From contig JAWLHY010000009.1 in NCBI GenBank assembly GCA_041690135.1, positions 288,001 to 352,000 of the forward strand: DNA of 64,000 nt, given 5' to 3'. Shown one piece after another: positions 38,262 through 47,562 of this stretch (position 1 is its first letter; each line of letters begins with the position of its first letter). The position numbers were made by a program, and so were the translations under genes. This stretch comes from Armatimonadota bacterium (GTDB taxonomy: Bacteria > Armatimonadota > SYMT01). A model generated the notes under the pieces. That model was not told where the DNA came from, searched no databases, and worked only from the letters and a program-made list of their open reading frames with translations.

Positions 38262-38972
38262 TCAGTCCTCGATCGTTGCCGTCGTCACCAGCGCGCGGCT
38301 CCAGTACTTGGCGCCGCCTTCGATGTGGAGGCCCATCGACCGCACCGCATCCTGGCGCCGCCCGTCCAGCAGGCTCTCGACGATGGAGAGGTGTTCGTGC
38401 GCTTCTTCCGCCACCCGGTGCAGGTCGTTCATCGCCTCATCGTGCTCCCACGCCATGTCGCGGAAAGCCCGGAAGAGGACCTTCAACCGCGTCAGCTCCT
38501 TCGCCAGGAAGGCGTTGCCGCTCGACCCCGCGATCAGGTCGTGGAGGCGGTTGTCCGCATCCCGCGCTTCTTCCACGTACCGGGGGTCCGACAGGTCGGC
38601 CAGCGCCTGGCGCCGGAAGTCGTCCGCGAGGAGTTGCAGCGCCTCCGGATCGATCCGGCCGCACGCGGTGCGCACCGCCTCGCATTCCAGGGCACGCCGG
38701 ACCTGGCAGATCTCATAAACTTCCCGGGCCGTGACCCGGCGCACCACGGCCCCCCGGTTGGGGAGGAGGTCGATCACGCCGATTCCGGCCAGCGAGATCA
38801 GCGCCTCCCGGACCGGCGTGTGGCTGACCCGGAACCGGTCCGCAAGCTCCCGCGTCACCAGGTGCTGACCCGCCCGCAGTCGTCCCTGGAATACGTCCCG
38901 CAGCAGCGAGTCGACGATCATCTGGCGCCGCTGGCCGTGGTCCCAGGCCGGCGCTTCTACCAGTAACGACAC
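38262..38972 (-). CDS. GntR-family (FCD) transcriptional regulator
   Basis: LAxRFxVSxTPVREAL HTH, PNRGAVV, DNRLHxxIAxxSGN, and EH motif. GTG start follows GGAGG (alternative ATG at 38984). Confidence 0.9.
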   Translation of the reverse strand: MSLLVEAPAWDHGQRRQMIVDSLLRDVFQGRLRAGQHLVTRELADRFRVSHTPVREALISLAGIGVIDLLPNRGAVVRRVTAREVYEICQVRRALECEAVRTACGRIDPEALQLLADDFRRQALADLSDPRYVEEARDADNRLHDLIAGSSGNAFLAKELTRLKVLFRAFRDMAWEHDEAMNDLHRVAEEAHEHLSIVESLLDGRRQDAVRSMGLHIEGGAKYWSRALVTTATIED

Positions 38973-39033
38973 CCCACCCTCCATGCAAGTGAAACTTTGG
39001 AGATAGAGTTCCCGCCTGCTGCCTGTGCTTCCT

Positions 39034-39072
39034 GCAATTCTACAGAATCCGTCGCTAATTCTATAGAATTGC
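39034..39072. promoter_or_regulatory. Tandem palindromic operator, probable GntR site
   Basis: AATTCTACAGAAT (39036) and perfect AATTCTATAGAATT (39057), 21 bp apart, between the divergent gntR and sulfatase genes. Confidence 0.6.
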
Positions 39073-39158
39073 CACTTCCACCCGCCGCGGGAGGCGGTCA
39101 CACTTCAGTGGGCGAAAGGTAAGGTGAGCGCCGTTGCTCATCCGATCTTCGTGGATCT

Positions 39159-40898
39159 ATGCGCCTGAACTTTTCCAGCCAACTTCCTCCTAACCCGCGG
39201 GTTCGTCATCTCCGCTTCGCCGCCTCCGTCGCGGCGACCCTGGCCGCGACGGGACTGGTGGCCCTGGCCGCCGAAGCACCGGACCGCAACACCGCGCCCG
39301 CTCCTTCTGCAACCCTCCGCGCCGGGAGGGAACTCGCCGGTCAGCGTGCCCCGAACGTGCTGCTGATCCTGGCCGACGACATGGGCTTTTCCGATCTCGG
39401 CTGCTACGGCAGCGAGATCCGTACCCCGAACCTGGATCGCCTGGCGGAGAACGGCCTGCGGTTCACCCAGTTCTACAACGCCGCGCGCTGCTGCCCGACC
39501 CGGGCCTCCTTGCTCACCGGTCTCTACCCGCACCAGGCCGGCGTGGGGCATATGCTGGGGAACTGGCGGCCGCCCGCCTACACGAACGGTCTCAACGACC
39601 GCTGCGCGACGGTGGCGGACCTCCTGCGGGAGGCGGGCTACCGCACTTACCAGGTGGGCAAGTGGCATGTCGGCGGGATGGGCGTCCAGGCTAACGGCGG
39701 CAACTTCCCGCTCGACCGCGGGTTCGACCGGTTCTACGGCACGGCCGGGGGCGGCAACTACTTCGCGCCGAAACCGTTGTTCCTGGACCGGCAGCCGGTC
39801 CAGCCGGGGGAGGGGTACTACCTGACGGATGCCCTGAGCGACCAGGCTGTCCGCTTCCTCCAGGAACACGGCCAGGACCACGCGGAGCGGCCGTTCTTCC
39901 TGCACCTCTGCTACACCGCGCCGCACTTCCCGCTGCACGCCAAGCCGGAAGATATCGCCCGGTACCGCGGCAAGTACCGGGACGGCTGGGATGCGGTGCG
40001 AGAGCGGCGTTTCGCGCGCCAGAAGAAGCTGGGGATCGTCGATCGCCGGTGGAAGCTATCGCCGCGGGATCCGGTCGCGCAGCCCTGGTCCGAGACGAAG
40101 GACCGCGATGAGTGGGACCTCCGGATGGCCGTCCATGCCGCCATGGTCGACTGCATGGACCAGGGGATCGGGCGGGTGATGGACGCCGTCCGAAAGCTGG
40201 GGGCCGAGGAAAACACCCTGGTCCTCTTCCTCTCCGACAACGGGGCCAGCGCGGAGTTCCTCGACTCCTGGCCCAATCCGGCCCGCGGGCACAAGCCGGG
40301 CGCGGAGACGGGAACGCGGGAATCCCACCGGTGTGTCGAGGTCGGCTGGGCGAACGCCGCGAATACCCCATTCCGGGAGCACAAGATGTGGGCCCATGAA
40401 GGCGGCATCGCGACTCCGCTGATTGCACACTGGCCGAAGGGGATCCGCGGCACGAACCGTCTCACCCGCTCCGCGGGGCATGTGGTGGACCTGATGCCTA
40501 CCCTCCTGGATGTGGCCGGAGCCGGGTATCCGGAGAGTTTTCGGGGGCGGAAGCTGACCCCGGTGGAAGGCCGAAGCCTGGTACCGGCGTTTTTACGAAA
40601 CGAGCTCCCCGAGCGGACCCTCGCCTGGGAGCACGAAGGGAACCGGGCCATCCGCCGCGGCGACTGGAAGCTGGTGGCAACGTACCGCGGCCCGTGGCAG
40701 CTTTACGACCTGAAGAAGGATCGCACGGAGACGGACGACCTTTCGGCCCGGCACCCGGAGAAGACGCGCGAGTTGGCGAACCTCTGGCAGCAGTGGGCCG
40801 ACCGCGTGGGGGTGGTCCCGTGGGAAGAACTCCCCGGCGCCGGCTACAAGCCTACTCCGGGCTACCGGCGCAAGTCCGAACCCGTAGAACTCCAGTGA
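39159..40898 (+). CDS. Arylsulfatase (Cys-type formylglycine sulfatase)
   Basis: PNVLLILADDMG, CCPTRASLLTG, GKWH, APHFPLH, and SDNG. Confidence 0.93.
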   Translation: MRLNFSSQLPPNPRVRHLRFAASVAATLAATGLVALAAEAPDRNTAPAPSATLRAGRELAGQRAPNVLLILADDMGFSDLGCYGSEIRTPNLDRLAENGLRFTQFYNAARCCPTRASLLTGLYPHQAGVGHMLGNWRPPAYTNGLNDRCATVADLLREAGYRTYQVGKWHVGGMGVQANGGNFPLDRGFDRFYGTAGGGNYFAPKPLFLDRQPVQPGEGYYLTDALSDQAVRFLQEHGQDHAERPFFLHLCYTAPHFPLHAKPEDIARYRGKYRDGWDAVRERRFARQKKLGIVDRRWKLSPRDPVAQPWSETKDRDEWDLRMAVHAAMVDCMDQGIGRVMDAVRKLGAEENTLVLFLSDNGASAEFLDSWPNPARGHKPGAETGTRESHRCVEVGWANAANTPFREHKMWAHEGGIATPLIAHWPKGIRGTNRLTRSAGHVVDLMPTLLDVAGAGYPESFRGRKLTPVEGRSLVPAFLRNELPERTLAWEHEGNRAIRRGDWKLVATYRGPWQLYDLKKDRTETDDLSARHPEKTRELANLWQQWADRVGVVPWEELPGAGYKPTPGYRRKSEPVELQ

Positions 40899-40932
40899 AG
40901 TCTTGATGTGCGTCGTCGCGGACGCTGCGGAT

Positions 40933-40986
40933 CGGCTGGGCGAGTGAACTCGCGCCTACAAACAGCGAAGCCGACCTCCGTCGGCT
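40933..40986 (+). repeat. REP-like element, family A copy 4
   Basis: CGGCTGGGCGAGTGAACTCGCGCCTACAAACAGCGAAGCCGACCTCCGTCGGCT. Confidence 0.8.
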
Positions 40987-41145
40987 GGGAAGGTATAAGG
41001 ATTCATGCGCCTACCCACACATCCAGTTTGACAATTTCACCCTTGTTCACAGTCGATTTAAGAGCCACCACGAGAGAAGCGGCCCGGGCAGTCTGCCCGG
41101 CGGTACCCGTTTTTCTCGTGTGAAGTGGTCGTAAGCCTGCAACCT

Positions 41146-44100
41146 ATGTCCAATTTCAATAAGTCTCACCGGCACTCCCGCTCCTGGACGGCGGCCATAA
41201 CCCTGGCCACGCTCGCCGCCGGCTCTACCCTCTCCGGTCTCGCCGCCCCGCAGAACGGGACTAAAGCCGCGGCCGTTTCCCCGAAGCGCCAACCAGCGCA
41301 GACCATTTCGAAGGCTCGACCAACGCGCGCCGCGACTGGACCCAAGGGTTCGAATACACAACACGCAGCACGCAATAAGCAACCCAACGCCCAACGCCCA
41401 ACGCCTAACGCTCAACCCGTCCAATACAACCGCGACATCCGCCCCATCCTCTCCGACAACTGCTTTGCCTGCCACGGTCCGGATAAGAACACGCGGATGG
41501 CGAACCTCCGGCTGGACCTGCGGGAAGAGGCCGTGAGGCACGGGGCGCTCGTTCCCGGCAAACCGGACGCGAGCTCGCTTATCGCCCGCATCAATTCTGC
41601 GGACGCGGACCTGTTGATGCCGCCGGTCGCCTCCCACAAGAAGCTGACCCCGGCGCAGAAGCAGCTTCTCCGGCGCTGGATCGCGGAGGGGGCGAAGTAC
41701 GAGGCACATTGGGCCTACACGCCCATCCGCCGACCCGAGATCCCGAAGCTAACGGACCCCCGCTATGCCTCCCGGAACCCGGTCGATGCCTTTGTCCGCG
41801 AGAAGCTGGCGGCCCGGAAGATCCTGCCCTCGCCGGAAGCGGACCGCCGCACGCTGCTCCGGCGCGTCTACCTGGACCTGACCGGACTGCCGCCGACTCC
41901 GGAGGAGGTGCGGACCTTCCTCGAAGACCGTTCTCCGGATGCCTACGAAAAGGTCGTTGACCGGCTCCTGGCTTCCCCGCACTTTGGGGAGCGGATGGCG
42001 GCGCCCTGGCTGGACGTGGTGCGTTACGCCGATACGGTGGGCTTTCACGGAGATCAGAACCAGAACGCCTGGGCCTACCGGGACTACGTGGTCGATTCGT
42101 TTAATCGGGACAAGCCGTTCGACCAGTTCACGATCGAGCAGATCGCGGGGGACTTGCTGCCGAACCCCACGCCGGAACAGTTGAGCGCCACCTGTTTCAA
42201 CCGGCTGACGATGATGACGCGGGAGGGGGGCGCCCAGCCCAAGGAGTACCTGCTGAAATACCAGGCGGACCGGGTGCGCACCGTCGGCATGGCGTGGCTG
42301 GGGGCGACCCTCGGCTGCGCCGAATGCCACGACCACAAATTCGACCCGATCAGCCAGAAGGACTTCTATTCCCTCTCCGCATTCTTTGCGGACATGCGTC
42401 AGTGGGGGGTCTACGCGGACTATTCCTACACCCCCAACCCGGATCTGCGCGGCTACAACAACGACTACCCGTTCCCGCCGGAGATCAAGGTGCCGAGCCT
42501 CTACCTGAAGGAGCGCATCCGGAAGCAGCGAGCCCGGATCGAGGCGATCGCGCTCGGGACCGAGGCGGATCTCCGCGCCGAAGCAGCCCGGAAGGCCTAT
42601 GCGGAATGGCGCGCGGGTGCGGTCGAGTTCTTGACCCGCAACCCCGAGGGGTGGGCCGTGCCGGCGCCCGAGGCCATGGCCACCCTGGTGAGGGCTCCGA
42701 AGCTGAAGCCGGGGGAGAAACCGCCCACCCCAACAGTTGATGTCGCAGCCGACGGAAGCATCCGGCTGGCGGACCCGCGTCCGGCTCACCTGGAAGTGAG
42801 GCTGCGCCCGGAAATCCGCGGTGTGGCGGCGGTGCGCCTGGAGCTACTTCCGGACGCGGCCAATGGTGGCTCCATCTTCCGCCCGGAGGTGGAGAGCGCC
42901 ACGCTGATGTTATCCGCGACCGTCACCCGTGGGGCCGGTAAGCCGCAGTCGGTCTCCTTCCGGCATGCCGGGGCCAACATCGCCGAGCCGCGGTACCGCA
43001 GCGGGTTCGAAATCGTCGGCGTGCACGGCGGCTGGAAGCTCGGCGCGAAACAAGCGTCCGAGCGGCACGTATCGGTCTGGTTGCCGGCGGTTCCGCTGAG
43101 CCTGGCCTCCGGGGACGTGCTGACGTTCAGCCTGCGTGACCTGAAGGCGGCCAGGATCCGGTTTGCGGTGTCCCCCTTCGTTCCGGACGATCCGGACTCT
43201 CCGGCCTTTCCGCCTAACCTCAAAGAGGCGCTCGAGAACCCGGTCTCACCGGCTGGGAAGACGCTGGCCCTCCGTAGTTACCTGCTTTCCACTGCGTGGA
43301 ACAAGGCGGCTTTCGAGGGCGCAGCGGCGGCGGAAGCCGACTTGTTCGCCTGCCGGGACGGGATCACCCCGGTGATGGTTACCGAAGCGACCGAGCCGAT
43401 GACCATCCGCCTGCTGCCCCGCGGCAACTGGCAGGATGAGAGCGGGCCGGTCGTCCAGCCGGCGGTCCCGGCCTTCCTCCCCGGCTACCGGGCGGATCCG
43501 GGCCGGCGACTGAACCGCCTCGACCTGGCGAAGTGGCTGGTCTCCCCCGAGAACCCGCTCACGGCGCGCGTCTTCGTGAACCGCCTCTGGAAGCAGTTCT
43601 TCGGCAACGGCCTCTCCGGAGTGGTGGAGGACCTCGGCGCCCAGGGTGAATGGCCCACGCATCCGGAGTTGCTGGACTACCTGGCCTCTCGTTTCTCCGC
43701 GCCGGCTTCGGTGAGCAGCGCGCGAGGGAGCAAGGGTGAAGGGGGCAAGGGGGAACCGAGTAACTCGAACCGGTACGGCTTGGCAGGACGCAAGGGCGCC
43801 GGGGGAAAGGGGGAAAGGGAGATCCAAACTTTGCGCACCGTAGCAACTTCTGGTGCTCTGGGTTCGGATTACGCAATACGCAATACGCAATACGGGTTTG
43901 CGTGGCGCATCAAGCCCCTGGTCAAACTGATCGTGACCAGTGCCACCTACCGGCAGTCGTCCAACTTGCGGGCGGAGCTGCTTGAGCTCGACCCCAATAA
44001 CCGCCTCCTTGCGAGCCAGAACCCGCGGCGGCTGGAGGCGGAGTTCGTGCGGGACAACGCTCTCGCGATCGTGGGACTGTTGAACCGGGACCTCGGCGGG

Positions 44101-44649
44101 CCGCCTGTGAAGCCGTACCAGCCCGAGGGATACTACGCGAACCTCCAGTTCCCCAACCGTCCCTACGTGGCGGAGACGGACGACCGGCAGTGGCGCCGGG
44201 GGATCTACGTCCACTGGCAGCGGACGTTCCTCCACCCGATGCTGGCCAACTTCGATGCCCCCTCGCGGGAAGATTGCATCGCCGCCCGGACGACCGCCAA
44301 CACCCCGCAGCAGGCGCTGACATTGCTCAACGACCCGAGCTATGTGGAAGCGGCGCGGGTGTTCGGCGCGTCCCTCGTGACCTCGTCCGCGAAGAGCGAT
44401 GCCGAGCGTCTCGACCAGGCCTACCTGCGCGCACTCGCCCGCCCGGCGAAGCCGAAGGAGAAGCAGTCGATGCTGGCCTTCCTGGAGAAGGTCCGCGCCT
44501 CCTATCGCGAGCGCCCCGAGGATGCAAAGAAGCTGCAGTCCGTCGGCAACGCCCCGGTCCCCGAGAACCTGGATCCGGTAGAGCTGGCGGCCTGGACCAC
44601 CGTCGGCCGGGTCCTTCTCAACCTCCAGGAAACGATCACCCGCTACTGA
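41146..44649 (+). CDS. Planctomycete cytochrome c / DUF1549 / DUF1553 protein, copy 3
   Basis: CFACHG, WLDVVRYADT, CAECHDHKFDP, NPLTARVFVNR, and NTPQQAL. Confidence 0.92.
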   Translation: MSNFNKSHRHSRSWTAAITLATLAAGSTLSGLAAPQNGTKAAAVSPKRQPAQTISKARPTRAATGPKGSNTQHAARNKQPNAQRPTPNAQPVQYNRDIRPILSDNCFACHGPDKNTRMANLRLDLREEAVRHGALVPGKPDASSLIARINSADADLLMPPVASHKKLTPAQKQLLRRWIAEGAKYEAHWAYTPIRRPEIPKLTDPRYASRNPVDAFVREKLAARKILPSPEADRRTLLRRVYLDLTGLPPTPEEVRTFLEDRSPDAYEKVVDRLLASPHFGERMAAPWLDVVRYADTVGFHGDQNQNAWAYRDYVVDSFNRDKPFDQFTIEQIAGDLLPNPTPEQLSATCFNRLTMMTREGGAQPKEYLLKYQADRVRTVGMAWLGATLGCAECHDHKFDPISQKDFYSLSAFFADMRQWGVYADYSYTPNPDLRGYNNDYPFPPEIKVPSLYLKERIRKQRARIEAIALGTEADLRAEAARKAYAEWRAGAVEFLTRNPEGWAVPAPEAMATLVRAPKLKPGEKPPTPTVDVAADGSIRLADPRPAHLEVRLRPEIRGVAAVRLELLPDAANGGSIFRPEVESATLMLSATVTRGAGKPQSVSFRHAGANIAEPRYRSGFEIVGVHGGWKLGAKQASERHVSVWLPAVPLSLASGDVLTFSLRDLKAARIRFAVSPFVPDDPDSPAFPPNLKEALENPVSPAGKTLALRSYLLSTAWNKAAFEGAAAAEADLFACRDGITPVMVTEATEPMTIRLLPRGNWQDESGPVVQPAVPAFLPGYRADPGRRLNRLDLAKWLVSPENPLTARVFVNRLWKQFFGNGLSGVVEDLGAQGEWPTHPELLDYLASRFSAPASVSSARGSKGEGGKGEPSNSNRYGLAGRKGAGGKGEREIQTLRTVATSGALGSDYAIRNTQYGFAWRIKPLVKLIVTSATYRQSSNLRAELLELDPNNRLLASQNPRRLEAEFVRDNALAIVGLLNRDLGGPPVKPYQPEGYYANLQFPNRPYVAETDDRQWRRGIYVHWQRTFLHPMLANFDAPSREDCIAARTTANTPQQALTLLNDPSYVEAARVFGASLVTSSAKSDAERLDQAYLRALARPAKPKEKQSMLAFLEKVRASYRERPEDAKKLQSVGNAPVPENLDPVELAAWTTVGRVLLNLQETITRY
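41346..41417 (+). repeat. In-frame heptamer repeats in the N-terminal linker
   Basis: GGGTTCGA ATACACA ACACGCA GCACGCA ATAAGCA A CCCAACG CCCAACG CCCAACG CCTAACG CTCAACC. Confidence 0.65.
43696..43899 (+). repeat. In-frame heptamer-repeat insert in the DUF1553 domain (68-codon loop)
   Basis: AAGGGGG-type units, then GGGTTCGGA TTACGCA ATACGCA ATACGCA ATACG. Confidence 0.75.
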
Positions 44650-44654
44650 TCCCA

Positions 44655-46103
44655 ATGAGCCAATCAATGAACAGAGAGAAGTTTGCACAGGAGATCACCC
44701 GCCGGGCTTTCCTCCAACAGTCCGCCTACGGGCTGGGCGGGCTCGCATTTGGGTCCCTGCTGGGGCGTGGGGCCGAGGCGGCTCCCGCGTCCGGACCGAC
44801 GACAGGCGGCGGCGTGATCAGCCAGCCGCACTACCCGATCCGCGCGCGGCGGATCATCCACCTCTGTATGGCCGGCGGGCCCTCCCAGTTCGAAAGCCTG
44901 GACCCGAAGCCGGAGCTGAAAAAACTTCATGGCCAGCCCTTCCCGGAGTCGCTCACGAAAGGACAGCAACTGGCGCAGCTACAAGGCGCGAAGTTGATGG
45001 CCCGCGGTTCGTTCGTCGATTTCAAGCGGTGGGGGAAGTCCGGCCAGGAGATCTCGGAGCTGTTCCCGCACATTGGCGGTATTGCGGACGACCTCTGTAT
45101 CATCCGCTCGATGGTCACGGAGCAGATCAACCACGACCCGGCCCAGGCGTTCATGAACTCCGGCTCGATCTTGAAGGGTCGCCCCAGCATGGGCTCGTGG
45201 CTGCTCTATGGGCTGGGTACCGCGACCCAGGACCTGCCCGGCTTCATCGTGCTGGTTTCCCAGGGGCGGGCGGGCGGTGTGCAGCCGGTATCCGCCCGGC
45301 AGTGGTCGAGTGGCTTCCTGCCCGGTAAGTTCCAGGGGGTGCAGTTCCAGACGCGCGGCGATGCGGTCCACTACGTGGGCAACCCGGACGGGGTCTGCCA
45401 GAGCCTCCAGCGCCTGGTGGTGGAGGAGATCCAGCGCCAGAACGGACTGCTCGCCGCGGAGCGCCTCGACCCGGAGATCCAGACCCGCATCGCGCAGTAC
45501 GAGCTGGCGTTCCGGATGCAGGCCAGCATCCCCGAGTTGACGGATATGTCGAAGGAGCCGAAGCACGTCCTGGAAGATTATGGCGTGAAGGAGCCGGGAG
45601 ACGGATCGTTCGCCTCGAACTGCCTCCTGGCGCGGCGGCTGGCGGAGCGCGGCGTGCGGTTCATCCAGCTCTACCACCGGGCGTGGGACCACCACAGCGG
45701 GATCGAGCAGAACATGCCCAGCGCGGCGAAGGAGACCGACCAGGCCAGCGCGGCCCTGGTGCGCGACCTGAAGCAGCGGGGGATGCTGGACGACACCCTC
45801 ATCCTGTGGGGCGGCGAGTTCGGCCGCACCCCGATGGGGCAGGGGAGTGGGCGCGATCACCATATCTACTCGTTCAGCCTCTGGATGGCCGGCGGCGGGG
45901 TCAAAGGCGGCATCACTTACGGCGGCACCGACGAGCTGGGGTACCGTTCCGTGGAGAACGTCGTTACCTTCCACGACCTCCACGCCACTATGCTCCACCT
46001 CTCCGGCATTAATCACGAGCAGTTCAGCGTGAAGTTCCAGGGCCTCGACGCGCGCCTCACCGGGGTAGAGCCGGCCCGGGTCGTCAAAGAGATTCTGCAA
46101 TAA
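44655..46103 (+). CDS. DUF1501 protein
   Basis: TRRAFL, IIHLCMAGGPSQFE, PSMGSW, CLLARRLAERGVRFIQL, WDHH, and WGGEFGRTP. Confidence 0.92.
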   Translation: MSQSMNREKFAQEITRRAFLQQSAYGLGGLAFGSLLGRGAEAAPASGPTTGGGVISQPHYPIRARRIIHLCMAGGPSQFESLDPKPELKKLHGQPFPESLTKGQQLAQLQGAKLMARGSFVDFKRWGKSGQEISELFPHIGGIADDLCIIRSMVTEQINHDPAQAFMNSGSILKGRPSMGSWLLYGLGTATQDLPGFIVLVSQGRAGGVQPVSARQWSSGFLPGKFQGVQFQTRGDAVHYVGNPDGVCQSLQRLVVEEIQRQNGLLAAERLDPEIQTRIAQYELAFRMQASIPELTDMSKEPKHVLEDYGVKEPGDGSFASNCLLARRLAERGVRFIQLYHRAWDHHSGIEQNMPSAAKETDQASAALVRDLKQRGMLDDTLILWGGEFGRTPMGQGSGRDHHIYSFSLWMAGGGVKGGITYGGTDELGYRSVENVVTFHDLHATMLHLSGINHEQFSVKFQGLDARLTGVEPARVVKEILQ

Positions 46104-46107
46104 CAGC

Positions 46108-46135
46108 AACGGGGGCTTCAACAGCCCCCGTTTTT
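46108..46135 (+). terminator. Intrinsic terminator
   Basis: AACGGGGGCT-TCAAC-AGCCCCCGTT followed by TTT, right after the stop codon. Confidence 0.75.
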
Positions 46136-46197
46136 GACTGGCCCCCGCATGTTCCGGAAACAGGCAGCGGGTTGCCGATGCGGCACTGGCTAACCCA

Positions 46198-47370
46198 TCA
46201 CTTTTTGGACGCAGGACGCGAGCTCTTCGCTTTGAACGTGATCGTGCGCTCTCGCACGACCGCCGTCAACTCGTAGCAGCGCGCAATTGCGGAGACCGCC
46301 TCCGCAACCGGGAGGTCCACCAGGTCCGCCTCCAGCCTGCGCTGGGAAACGGAAGACCGGGGGGACCACTCCGCCAGCACCAGCCGCTTGCTCTGGTCGG
46401 TCAACTGGCGCAGCACGTTCTCCAGCGGACTTTCCTGTTTGCGGAGGGATATTCGAGCCCGCAGCGTCACCCGAACTGCCGGTTCGGCCCATGGCGGTGC
46501 GGGCTCATTCGGGGGTTCGGGTGCGCCTCGGGTCAGGCCGGCCTCATTGTCGCTACCATAGATCAGCTTCTTTACGGGACCCGGGAAGAGTTGATTGGGC
46601 GGTGGTGGCGGGCCAGACCCGATTTTGAGCTTTACATCGAGCAGGCCATTTCGTCCGCGGTCAGCACTCAGGGCGACAAATCCGTTGCCGCGGTCGACCT
46701 CTTCGTAGGAGAAGCTTACCCGCCGTTCTCCGGTGCGGAGATCAGTACTGATGACCCGGGTGCTTCCATGCGCGGCTTGGAGGGTTGCCCGGTCGAAGAG
46801 GGAGAGCGGCACAATCACGCGTTCGCCGGCCAGTGCTCGGCGCAGCACCCGGTCCAGGAGGGGCGGCGGAAGGGACTTCAACATGGCCAGGCGGGCCGGC
46901 TCCGCGTCGTTGTGGATTCCCCGCGCCTGCTCCTCCAGATTGGCCCGGAAGGGCGGCTGCTTCGCCAGCACCTCCAGGACCAGCTTGCGGGCGTGCTCCG
47001 CCTCGGCCCGCGGATGCCGGGGCCGACGGGTCAGGGTGAATACCGGAGTGTCCGCATATCCGTACCGGGGCCAGTAGTAGGTGTAGTTCCGATCGCCCAG
47101 GAACTCCGCCAGCTCGTCCAGTACCACCGCCGCCTTTTCTCCCGTAGTCCCTGCAAAGACCTCACGCTTGGGCACGAACTGAGAGAGGATGAGCCGGCGC
47201 CCCGTCATGTCTCCGATCTCATTGGCGAGGTCTTCCAGGTCCCTCTGCTGTCCTGCCACACTGATGGTTCGCTGCAGCAAAGGATCCTGGAGGACTGGCG
47301 AGGGAGTGGAAGGGACTGCTACGCCCGAAGTCGCCGCAAGTGCGGCCAGTCTCAACAGGCTCACAAACAT
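46198..47370 (-). CDS. Secreted hypothetical protein with possible STN/secretin-N-like modules
   Basis: Signal-like MFVSLLRLAALAATSGVA. DPLLQRTISV...LEDLANEI and LRARISL...PLENVLRQL segments resemble STN-type repeats. Confidence 0.55.
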   Translation of the reverse strand: MFVSLLRLAALAATSGVAVPSTPSPVLQDPLLQRTISVAGQQRDLEDLANEIGDMTGRRLILSQFVPKREVFAGTTGEKAAVVLDELAEFLGDRNYTYYWPRYGYADTPVFTLTRRPRHPRAEAEHARKLVLEVLAKQPPFRANLEEQARGIHNDAEPARLAMLKSLPPPLLDRVLRRALAGERVIVPLSLFDRATLQAAHGSTRVISTDLRTGERRVSFSYEEVDRGNGFVALSADRGRNGLLDVKLKIGSGPPPPPNQLFPGPVKKLIYGSDNEAGLTRGAPEPPNEPAPPWAEPAVRVTLRARISLRKQESPLENVLRQLTDQSKRLVLAEWSPRSSVSQRRLEADLVDLPVAEAVSAIARCYELTAVVRERTITFKAKSSRPASKK

Positions 47371-47562
47371 GGCGTCGCTTTCTCCAGGCCATTCAGCAGG
47401 TTGGTGTTCGTTGTCGCCACTTGCAAAGAGTCGCCTTTCCTGAGAATTATTGAGCCGCAAGCAAGTGCTATTGTTGCGGCTGATTCGGGGTGGCCTCCCA
47501 ACGTAACTGAGAGTAGCCGAACTCCGTCTGTCGGAGGTCGGGATCTCGGTAGATAGGTTCGG

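Noticed and set aside
35077-38718. 1213-aa plus-strand ORF and other long antisense ORFs (4582-6399, 14247-16481, 24353-26752, 47593-49800)
   Set aside because: They are shadows of well-supported genes on the opposite strand, expected from GC-rich codon bias, and carry no motifs.
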